Origin: Bryobacterales bacterium
GTDB lineage: Bacteria; Acidobacteriota; Terriglobia; Bryobacterales; UBA6623
Assembly (NCBI GenBank): GCA_965242625.1
Contig: CBDEST010000005.1
Span: 1,211,257 to 1,275,256, forward strand
Direction of reading: 5' to 3'
DNA: 64,000 nucleotides
The translations under genes were made by a program, and so were the position numbers. Within the stretch, counting starts at the first letter, position 1, and each line of letters begins with the position of its first letter. Under the pieces are notes generated by a model. The model was not told the DNA's origin and ran no database searches. It saw only the letters and a program-made list of their open reading frames with translations. Below, piece by piece: positions 56,306-64,000 of the stretch.

Positions 56306-56542
56306 GTCGACTCTGCTGCCGCTACGTTCCGTCGCCGAGTCGGCGAGACGCGGCAATATCGGATTCGGGCGGGCATTCCCGACGCGAGAGCACAGTTGCG
56401 TACGGTACTGGAAGACTTGAGCCTGGCCCGCGATCTGGACTTGACGCCGTGACCGCGCGGGACAGATGCCGGACTTGGCGCATCGCGCCCTGCAAAGCCT
56501 ACTTGCGCCGGCTGGGTCGAATTCTGATAATCTCTCGATGCG

Positions 56543-58426
56543 ATGCGCGTGGCTTTCCTTGTCATCCTCCTGAGCTTGATTCTCTGCGCGGCCTGCGGGC
56601 CCGGCGGCGGTCCGGTGGACCCGGGTGCGGCCGCGATCACCCACGGCCCCGTGCTCGGCCGCCTGGGCACGGACTCGGTGGGCGTCTGGGCGAGAACTTC
56701 GCGACCCGCGGAATTCACCGTGTTCTACGGAACGGCCCCGGACGCCCTGACTGCACGGGCGACCGGAACGACCGCGATCGCCGACGACAACACCGGCTGG
56801 GTCCTCGTCGAGGGGCTGGAGCCGGGCAACAAGTACCATTACGAAATCGGCATGGGCGACGAGCCGGCCGGCGAAGAAGAGCGCACGGGATCGTTCCATA
56901 CGCTGCCGGACGGCGCCACCCTCGCTTCCGAGCACAACCCGGACGGCAAGTTTAACTTCCGCTTCGAGTTCGCTTGTGGCAACAACCAGAATTCCAGCGG
57001 CAGTCCAATCGGCACGCAGTTGCTGACCCACGGGACGATGCTGCGGACATTGGTACGCGGAACCGAGAAGAGCAAGATCGATTTCGCCATCCTCGACGGG
57101 GACTGGCTCTACGAGAACGACTCGCGCCTGTACGCGCCCGCGCAATGGCGCGAGCAGACCGGGATTGACGAAGCGAGCATGCCGCGCGAGGTCAAACTGA
57201 TGCCGTCCATCGTCGGCGTCTGGGAAAACTACAAGAACTTCTACAACAACGGGGCGAACCTGCGCGCGTGGCATCGCAGCGTGCCGTCGTACTACACGTT
57301 CGACGACCACGAGCTGCTCAACGATGTCTACGGCACGGGCGAAGTCGGGCGGCGCAACCGCCGGTCGGTGTTCCGCGACGTGGGCACCCGGGCTTGGTAC
57401 GACTACCTCGGGTGGAGCAACCCGGTGCCGGACACCCCGGAGATCGTATTCGGCGAGGCCCGGCTAGAGGCGGGGAGCGACGTTCTGACCGATCCCGAGG
57501 CCGACTTCACCGGGTTGTCGACCGAGTCGACATTGCATGTGCATTGGGGAACGCCAAACTGGGGGGCGATGCTGCTCGAACCGAACGCCGACGGCAGCGA
57601 CCCCGACGAGGAGGGCGGCGACGTCAATTCCAAGGTGTACGAAGTGGTCGAAGTCCTGGACGCGAATCGCCTGCGCATTCGTCCGCCCGCAGTCGCGGAC
57701 GGCGCGCAGACCTATTCGGTGGGTCGTCGCTCGTACTTCAACGCCAGAGTGTCGAACGCGGAATTCCTGTATCTGGACACGCGCTCCTATCGCATGATGC
57801 ATGACACGAAGGATCGCGAGCGACGCGGTCGCACGATGCTTGGCGAGACCCAGAAGGCCTGGGTCAAGAAGACAATGCAGGAGTCCGACGCCGAGTTCTT
57901 CTTCATCGTGTCGTCGGTGAATTTCTCGATCTCGCACGTGGGCGGCACCGGGAGCGCGAACATTTCGGAGACCAACAAGGATGACGCGTGGACGGCGTTT
58001 CTCTGGGAGCGCGAGGACTTGATCAACTTCTGGGACGATCTGGGCAAGCCGGTCTTCGTGCTAACGGGCGACCTCCACAACAGCTTCGCGATCAAGGTCA
58101 CCGACCGCGTGTGGGAGTTCGCTTCGGGGCCGCACAACTCGACGAACCACCCGTTGCGTTCGGAAGGCAACCGGCCGAAGTCGGGACCATACGACTCGTT
58201 CGGGCGCGAGACGGAGATCCGCTGGTCGAGTTTCATCCTCAACGACACGCCCAACGCGTGGCGCCGCCGGCCCGTTTATTGCGTCGTGCAGGTCAACAAC
58301 GTGTTCAACAATCCGCTGGAGTCGGGTGACCGCTGGGTGGCATACGAGAATCCGCAAGCAGTGTTCCAGTACTACGACGGCTTGACGGGAGACCTGCTGT
58401 ACGCCGAGTCGATCGTGTCCCGCTAG
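56543..58426 (+). CDS. Alkaline phosphatase D (PhoD)-family lipoprotein
   Basis: Lipobox-like AAC, THGPVLG, DGDWLYE, FDDHE, LDTRSYR, MLGETQKAW and LTGDLH. Confidence 0.87.
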   Translation: MRVAFLVILLSLILCAACGPGGGPVDPGAAAITHGPVLGRLGTDSVGVWARTSRPAEFTVFYGTAPDALTARATGTTAIADDNTGWVLVEGLEPGNKYHYEIGMGDEPAGEEERTGSFHTLPDGATLASEHNPDGKFNFRFEFACGNNQNSSGSPIGTQLLTHGTMLRTLVRGTEKSKIDFAILDGDWLYENDSRLYAPAQWREQTGIDEASMPREVKLMPSIVGVWENYKNFYNNGANLRAWHRSVPSYYTFDDHELLNDVYGTGEVGRRNRRSVFRDVGTRAWYDYLGWSNPVPDTPEIVFGEARLEAGSDVLTDPEADFTGLSTESTLHVHWGTPNWGAMLLEPNADGSDPDEEGGDVNSKVYEVVEVLDANRLRIRPPAVADGAQTYSVGRRSYFNARVSNAEFLYLDTRSYRMMHDTKDRERRGRTMLGETQKAWVKKTMQESDAEFFFIVSSVNFSISHVGGTGSANISETNKDDAWTAFLWEREDLINFWDDLGKPVFVLTGDLHNSFAIKVTDRVWEFASGPHNSTNHPLRSEGNRPKSGPYDSFGRETEIRWSSFILNDTPNAWRRRPVYCVVQVNNVFNNPLESGDRWVAYENPQAVFQYYDGLTGDLLYAESIVSR

Positions 58427-58595
58427 GAGCCTGTTGCAAAAGTGTCAACAGCGGTGTCGATGGTCGCCTCTGGATGTCGATACGGCCCCAACATGGGCAG
58501 CCGGGCCTTCTGAAGGCCAGATTTCCGCCATTTTGGGGGCTTTCGACCGCCGATACCGTGAACCTCGCGAGCCGACGGACTTTTTCAACAGGCTC
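58427..58595. mobile_element. 169-bp non-autonomous MITE / IS remnant (IS5/IS1182-like ends)
   Basis: TIRs GAGCCTGTTGCAAAAGT and ACTTTTTCAACAGGCTC (16/17 match), flanked by CTAG at 58423-58426 and 58596-58599; no transposase inside. Confidence 0.8.
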
Positions 58596-58802
58596 CTAGG
58601 CCGGGCGCGCTTGGCGAGCAAGTCAGCTTCAGGTCGGTCGAGCGCGCCCCCGACTCCGGGGCCAGCATTCTCAGGGCGCGGCCGCCTGGCAGCGGCTGCC
58701 AGACCACCAGACACGGACGCCGAGACCGCAACTTATCCGCCGACCGCAGGGAATTCTCCGCGCAATCCTTGACTGGCCCGAATGGTGTGCGAGTATGGAG
58801 GT

Positions 58803-59816
58803 ATGACTACCATCACCTCTCGATTCATTCTTGTGGCCGTGCTGGGCGCTCTCATGGTGCCTGGCATGGCTTGGGCGGGCGGCCACTGCGAGGAGATCAA
58901 CGTGACCGCCGGAGCGATCCGCAACCGCGCGGACATCCGCGCGTTCGTCGAGTGCGCGTACGACTACGTCATGGACAACGGCACCGAGGCGGCGGCCATG
59001 GCCTTCCGCGAGGACGAGCGCTGGCTCAGCGACTCGATCTACGTGTTCGTCGACCAGATGGGGCCCACCGGCTCCGAAGCGACATCCTACGTCTTCCCTC
59101 CGGACACGTCTCTCGAAGGTCAGCCGTGGGGGCCGCTGGTCGACGAGTTCGGAACGGACTACTTCGTCGAAGCGACGCGCATCTTCAGCGCTATCGACGG
59201 GGGACCCGGCACGGGGGCCTGGATGTACTACTCCTTCACCAATCCGGCCACCGGGCGGAGCGAACCGAAGGCGTCGTACCTGATCACGATCGATTGGAAC
59301 GGGATGCCTGCGCTGATCGGCGCCGGCATCTACCAGCGGGATATCCCGGCGACATGCTACCCGGAGCAGGTCAATGCCATGCAGTTGGACATGATGCCAA
59401 ACGACATGATGCTGGCCGAGTTCGTGCGTTGCGCCGCGATGGTCATCGAGAACAAGGGCTTCTTCGGCGTGGCGGAACTGATGACGGAGCGCTGGCAGAG
59501 CGGGTCGATCTACGTCTTCGGGGTCGACGCGATGAGCGGCATGCAGTTGTTCACGAGCAACCCGGCCATGGTCAACGGCATGCAGATGATGGAGGGCCTG
59601 GACGATATGGATCCGATGGGCCGCTTCGCCGGGCGTGACGCGCCCGCGGTGGGATCGTCTTTCGGCGAGGCCTACCTGTACTACGACGCCTTCAACCCGG
59701 CCATGGGGATGACCGGCACCAAAATGACCGTCGTGAAGATGGTCATGGCCCAAGGCACTCCCGTGCTTGTCGGGGCGGGATACTACCTCGACGCGGCCGT
59801 GTCCGCTACCCCTTAG
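58803..59816 (+). CDS. Secreted protein with two tandem single-Cache-like domains
   Basis: GGAGG RBS, signal peptide (AWA), and two repeats of C...FVxCA...ERW..SIYVF...Y.F.NPA.G...K...GAGxY. Confidence 0.8.
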   Translation: MTTITSRFILVAVLGALMVPGMAWAGGHCEEINVTAGAIRNRADIRAFVECAYDYVMDNGTEAAAMAFREDERWLSDSIYVFVDQMGPTGSEATSYVFPPDTSLEGQPWGPLVDEFGTDYFVEATRIFSAIDGGPGTGAWMYYSFTNPATGRSEPKASYLITIDWNGMPALIGAGIYQRDIPATCYPEQVNAMQLDMMPNDMMLAEFVRCAAMVIENKGFFGVAELMTERWQSGSIYVFGVDAMSGMQLFTSNPAMVNGMQMMEGLDDMDPMGRFAGRDAPAVGSSFGEAYLYYDAFNPAMGMTGTKMTVVKMVMAQGTPVLVGAGYYLDAAVSATP

Positions 59817-59860
59817 GGCCCGTACCCGGTGAGCCGCACGCGGTCGCCGTTTTGAAACGA

Positions 59861-59893
59861 GCCGCCGGGCGGGCGCCGCGCCCGCCCGGTGGC
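59861..59893. terminator. 15-bp GC-rich stem-loop after the Cache gene
   Basis: GCCGCCGGGCGGGCG-ccg-CGCCCGCCCGGTGGC (one G-U pair); no U-tract. Confidence 0.55.
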
Positions 59894-60012
59894 CCATACC
59901 TGTAGCGCGGTCACGCCTTGGGGGTGGCATTCTCCACGGCGCGAGCTTTCATCGGGTGTCCATCTGTCGCTGCCCTCGTGTCGGCAGGCCGAAAGCTGGG
60001 CAATATAGAGGG

Positions 60013-60696
60013 ATGCGTTTCACATTTTCCGGGTTTCCGCCCGCGACTCGGCAGTTCCTCCGCGACCTTGCCGCGAACAACAACCGCGAGTGGTTCAAGG
60101 CGCATAAGTCCGACTACGACACGTCCGTGCGTGAGCCGTTGCTCGCGCTTGTCGACGAACTGGGCACCGCCCTGCTGGAACACTCGCCGGGTTACCTGTG
60201 CGATCCCCGCAAGTCGGTCTACAGGATCTACCGGGACATCCGGTTCTCGAAGAACAAAGCGCCCTACAAGACGCATGCGGCGGCCGTGTTCCCGCCGCTA
60301 GGGCTCGAGCGGCATGCCGGCGCGGGCTTCTACTTTCACTTTTCCGCCGAGGAATTGCTCGTTGGCGGAGGCGTCTACGCGCCGGGCTCGCGCGAACTGC
60401 GCAGCATCCGCCAGCAAATCGCCGGCGACCCAGCGGAATTGCGGGAGATTCTGGGAACTGCCGCGTTCCGCAAGGCGTTCGGCGATCTTGAAGGGCAGCA
60501 GCTCAAGCGGGTGCCCCAAGGCTTCCCGAAGGACCATCCGGCTGCCGACCTCCTTGTCTTCAAGCAGTTCCTGGCGGGTACGACGCTGCCCGCCGAAGAG
60601 ATCGAGAAACGGACTGTCGCGGCGCTGATCGACCGGCTCTTCCGCACGATCAGTCCTCTGCTGGCGTACTTGAACCGGCCGTTGCGGAGAGACTGA
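60013..60696 (+). CDS. DUF2461 / TIGR02453 family protein
   Basis: FLRDLAANNNREWF, RIYRDIRFSKNKAPYK and LKRVPQGF. Confidence 0.92.
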   Translation: MRFTFSGFPPATRQFLRDLAANNNREWFKAHKSDYDTSVREPLLALVDELGTALLEHSPGYLCDPRKSVYRIYRDIRFSKNKAPYKTHAAAVFPPLGLERHAGAGFYFHFSAEELLVGGGVYAPGSRELRSIRQQIAGDPAELREILGTAAFRKAFGDLEGQQLKRVPQGFPKDHPAADLLVFKQFLAGTTLPAEEIEKRTVAALIDRLFRTISPLLAYLNRPLRRD

Positions 60697-60764
60697 AGGC
60701 AGCTAGGCGAGCGGCCAAGTAAGATAACGAATTGAGCGGTCGTTGCGTGCGGCCGCGGGAACTC

Positions 60765-62216
60765 ATGGCGTACCGCGACATCCGGGACTTCATCGCTGCA
60801 CTCGAACGCCGCGACGAGTTGCGCAGGGTGACCGCGGAAGTCGATCCGCGCCTCGAGATCGCCGAACTCGCGGACCGCGCCGTGAAGACCGACGGGCCGG
60901 CATTGCTCTTCGAGAACCCCAAGGGCTGCGACATGCCGGTGCTCATCAACGCCTACGCGTCGATCTCGAAGATGCAGATCGCGCTCGAGGTCGACGCCTT
61001 GGACGACATCGCGGACCGGATCGAGGGATACCTCGATCTCGGCGTCCCCAAGGGCGTGGCGGGCAAGCTCAAAGGCCTCGCGAAGCTCGCCGAAGTGCGG
61101 AACTTCCTGCCACGCACAGTGCGCTCCGGCGAGTGCCAGCAGATCGTCAAGCGCGACGGGTACTCGCTGTATGACTACCCGGTGCTGACCTGCTGGCCGG
61201 GGGACGGCGGTCCCTTCATCACGCTTCCGATGGTGTTCTCGCGGAATCCGATCACGGGCAAGCGGAATTGCGGCACCTATCGCATGCAGGTCTATGACGA
61301 GCGCACCACCGGCATGCACTGGCAGACGCACAAGCAGGGCGCGGAACACTACCGGCGGCTCCGGCAAGAGGGCCGCGAGACGCGCATGGAGGTCGCTGTG
61401 GCGATCGGTGCCGATCCGGCCACGATGTACTCGGGCATCTTGCCGCTGCCGCCCGATCTCGACGAGATGCTGTTCGCCGGCTTCGTGCGGAAGAAGCCAG
61501 TCGAGATGGTGCCTTGCGTGACGGTCGACCTCGAAGTGCCGGCCAACGCCGAAATCGTGCTCGAAGGGCATGTCAACCTTGGCGAGCTACGAACCGAGGG
61601 GCCATTCGGGGATCACACCGGCTATTACTCGCTGGAGGACGAATACCCGGTCTTTCACGTGGACTGCATCACGCAGCGCAAGGATCCGATCTACGCCACG
61701 ACGATCGTCGGTCCCCCGCCCATGGAAGACTTTTACATGGGCAAGGCCATCGAACGAATGTTCCTGCCGCTGATGCGGCTGCAAGCTCCCGAGATCGTGG
61801 ACATCTCGATGCCCGCGGAGGGCATCTTCCACAATCTCATGCTCGTGTCGATCCGCAAGTCGTACCCCGCGCAGGCCCGGAAGGTGATGAACGCGATCTG
61901 GGGCTTGGGACAGGCCATGTTCACCAAGTGCATCGTCGTTGTCGATGACGACGTCGATGTGCAGGACTACCGCGAAACCGCCTGGCGCGCCCTGAACAAT
62001 ATCGATCCGGAACGCGACGTGCAATTCACCTTGGGGCCGATCGACTCGCTGGACCACGCCAGCCGACTGCCGAACTTCGGATCGAAGATGGGTATCGATG
62101 CGACGCGCAAGCTGCCCAGCGAGGGATTCACCCGACCGTGGCCCGAAGTGATCGCGATGGACGAGAGCGTGAAGCGGCGCGTCGATCCGATTTGGGATAG
62201 CCTGGCGATCGGCTGA
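60765..62216 (+). CDS. UbiD-family (menaquinone biosynthesis) decarboxylase
   Basis: EVDPRLEI, GPALLFE, CWPGDGGPFIT, EGPFGDHTGYY and SKMGIDAT. Confidence 0.92.
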   Translation: MAYRDIRDFIAALERRDELRRVTAEVDPRLEIAELADRAVKTDGPALLFENPKGCDMPVLINAYASISKMQIALEVDALDDIADRIEGYLDLGVPKGVAGKLKGLAKLAEVRNFLPRTVRSGECQQIVKRDGYSLYDYPVLTCWPGDGGPFITLPMVFSRNPITGKRNCGTYRMQVYDERTTGMHWQTHKQGAEHYRRLRQEGRETRMEVAVAIGADPATMYSGILPLPPDLDEMLFAGFVRKKPVEMVPCVTVDLEVPANAEIVLEGHVNLGELRTEGPFGDHTGYYSLEDEYPVFHVDCITQRKDPIYATTIVGPPPMEDFYMGKAIERMFLPLMRLQAPEIVDISMPAEGIFHNLMLVSIRKSYPAQARKVMNAIWGLGQAMFTKCIVVVDDDVDVQDYRETAWRALNNIDPERDVQFTLGPIDSLDHASRLPNFGSKMGIDATRKLPSEGFTRPWPEVIAMDESVKRRVDPIWDSLAIG

Positions 62217-62234
62217 GACCGCTCGAGGAATGGC

Positions 62235-63155
62235 GTGTCGGCTGCCAGATTGGGGGTCGCGGCCGCGATCTGCGCGGTGGCGGGATCTTGGCTGCTGATA
62301 TGGTGGGCGAGCGCGAGATCCGCCCTGCCTCCCGCTCCCGAATCGCCGCCGACCCGACGGGTGAGGCTCGCCGGTCGCGCTGTCGCCACGCTGGAGGGCG
62401 TGGTACGAACCAAGCGGAGAGGTCGCTTGCTCGGCATCGCGGCCGCAGTCGGCAAGCGAGTCCGGGCCGGCGACGCTTTGTTCACGTTCAAGGATCTGGG
62501 ATTGCAAGAGTCGCGCGCCGATCTCGAGAGCGAGATCTCCACGTTGCGCGAACGCACCGAAAGCGTGACAGCCAGTGCCCCGCGCAGCGATTCGCAAGCA
62601 GTGCGGCTAGCCGCGCTACAACATCTGGGACAGACGGTTGAGCGCGGCCGCAAGGACTTTGAGCGCTGGCGGGCGCTCTACGACGAGGGGTTGCTCGCGC
62701 GGGTCGAATTCGAGGCCAAGAAGCGCGAGTTCGCGGCCCTTGAAGAGCGGCTCGCTACTGCCCGCGCCGAAGCCGCGAGCCGCCGACCCGCCCAATCCGA
62801 ACGTGCCGAGCCACCCGCGCTACGACGGGCGCGGCGGCTACTCGCACGCGTCGAAGCACTCTCGGACTCGTTCATTGTCGCGAGTCCATGGGACGGATCG
62901 GTGAGCGAAATCCAGGTCGCGGTCGGCGATTCTCCGGCCCGGAACGCAGTGCTCGCGACGGTCGTGCGCGACGCCTTGCCGCATGTCGAGGCCGCTACCG
63001 GCGCCGTCCGGAGCGTCGTGGCGGTAATCGAAGCCTGCGGCGTTCCCGGACCGCTGCCGTTCACCGTACGAGAGGATTCGCTGCAGCTCTTGGCACCGTT
63101 GCCGTCGTTGCGCCCAGGCGATGACTGCCCGGTTACCGTGTCAATTCGCAAGTAA
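62235..63155 (+). CDS. HlyD/periplasmic adaptor (membrane fusion)-like protein
   Basis: N-terminal TM, split lipoyl halves (VGKRVRAGDALF; SPWDGSVSEIQVAVGD) around a coiled coil. Confidence 0.7.
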   Translation: MSAARLGVAAAICAVAGSWLLIWWASARSALPPAPESPPTRRVRLAGRAVATLEGVVRTKRRGRLLGIAAAVGKRVRAGDALFTFKDLGLQESRADLESEISTLRERTESVTASAPRSDSQAVRLAALQHLGQTVERGRKDFERWRALYDEGLLARVEFEAKKREFAALEERLATARAEAASRRPAQSERAEPPALRRARRLLARVEALSDSFIVASPWDGSVSEIQVAVGDSPARNAVLATVVRDALPHVEAATGAVRSVVAVIEACGVPGPLPFTVREDSLQLLAPLPSLRPGDDCPVTVSIRK

Positions 63156-63195
63156 CTAGAATCGCTAAGGATGCGCCTAGATAAGGTTAGGATCC

Positions 63196-63951
63196 ATGGC
63201 AACTATGACAACGAACGGGAGTCCGGCGGGTGATCCGGCCGTCATCGGGAAGCGACTGCTGGAAGACAACATCGTGATCCGGACGTACGGCATCCGGAAG
63301 ACCTACATCATGGGCGAACACGAGATCCACGCCGTGAACGGCGTGGACATGGAAATCCGCTACGGCGAGTACGTCGCCCTGATGGGACCATCCGGCTCGG
63401 GCAAGTCCACCTTCATGAATCTGATCGGCGCGTTAGACACGCCGACGGCCGGGGACTACTACATCGCCGGCCAGCTTGTCAGCACGATGTCGGATGACGA
63501 GCTGGCATATATCCGCAACCGCGAGATCGGGTTCGTGTTCCAGACCTTCAACCTGCTGCCGCGCCTGACAGCGTTGCAGAACGTGGAACTGCCGCTCGTC
63601 TACGCGGGCGTCCCGCCCGCGCAACGCATGGAGCGCGCCCAGCGAGCGTTGCACCAGGTCGACCTGACCGAGCGGATGTACCACACCCCGAGCGAGCTGT
63701 CGGGAGGCCAGCGGCAACGGGTCGCGATCGCGCGCGCCCTCGTCGGCGATCCCGCGATCATCCTCGCGGACGAGCCGACCGGCAACCTTGATACCGCCAC
63801 GTCGCACGAGATCATGGGCGTGATCGATATCCTGCACAAGCAAGGGAACACGATCATTCTGGTCACGCACGAACCGGACATCGCCGACAACGCGCACCGC
63901 GTCGTGCATCTGCGAGACGGCAAGATCGAAAAGGACGTAAAGATCAAGTAG
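63196..63951 (+). CDS. ABC transporter ATP-binding protein (MacB/LolD-type NBD)
   Basis: [42 protein letters not shown] and VTHE. Confidence 0.93.
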   Translation: MATMTTNGSPAGDPAVIGKRLLEDNIVIRTYGIRKTYIMGEHEIHAVNGVDMEIRYGEYVALMGPSGSGKSTFMNLIGALDTPTAGDYYIAGQLVSTMSDDELAYIRNREIGFVFQTFNLLPRLTALQNVELPLVYAGVPPAQRMERAQRALHQVDLTERMYHTPSELSGGQRQRVAIARALVGDPAIILADEPTGNLDTATSHEIMGVIDILHKQGNTIILVTHEPDIADNAHRVVHLRDGKIEKDVKIK

Positions 63952-64000
63952 GTGCGCTAGATCCGTTGCTTTCAACCGCGCTTCCAGCCCTGCTAGCTTG

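Noticed and set aside
56410-56510. Recurring (G)ACTTG-like words before the phoD-like gene
   Set aside because: They are too short and irregularly spaced to call a repeat array or Pho box.
1-64000. CRISPR array, tRNA, rRNA, tmRNA, RNase P RNA
   Set aside because: No regularly spaced repeats or recognisable conserved RNA signatures were found by eye in any intergenic region.

Overview
GC-rich bacterial chromosomal window with about 45 protein-coding genes and no rRNA, tRNA, CRISPR array or intact transposase that I can see. A TonB-dependent receptor with a carboxypeptidase-regulatory N-domain, a TIGR03437-like protein, planctomycete-type DUF1592/DUF1552 and DUF1549/DUF1553/DUF1501 modules, sulfatases and Na+-coupled transporters suggest an Acidobacteriota (Bryobacterales-like), possibly marine, organism; this is inference. 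Housekeeping genes (topA, tsaB, ttcA, ymdB-like, metX, tkt, glgC, addAB-like, polyprenyl synthase, mqnD, UbiD-family) are mixed with accessory loci. The best leads are: a MarR-P450-transporter operon divergent from pcaD/pcaC; a TBDR paired with a protein carrying an N-terminal TIGR03437-like domain; an ACP-FAAL-acyltransferase fusion whose acyltransferase motifs are degenerate; a signal-peptide-bearing SAM methyltransferase; an AddAB-like pair with Fe-S-type Cys motifs in both nucleases; a stand-alone MmeI-like RM enzyme; a 169-bp MITE with a CTAG duplication; a soluble tandem-Cache protein; an orphan 68-aa basic protein; a possibly structured 680-bp intergenic region; and several apparently leaderless genes. 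No single clearly novel multi-gene system is proven from sequence alone. All family assignments come from motif recognition, not database searches.
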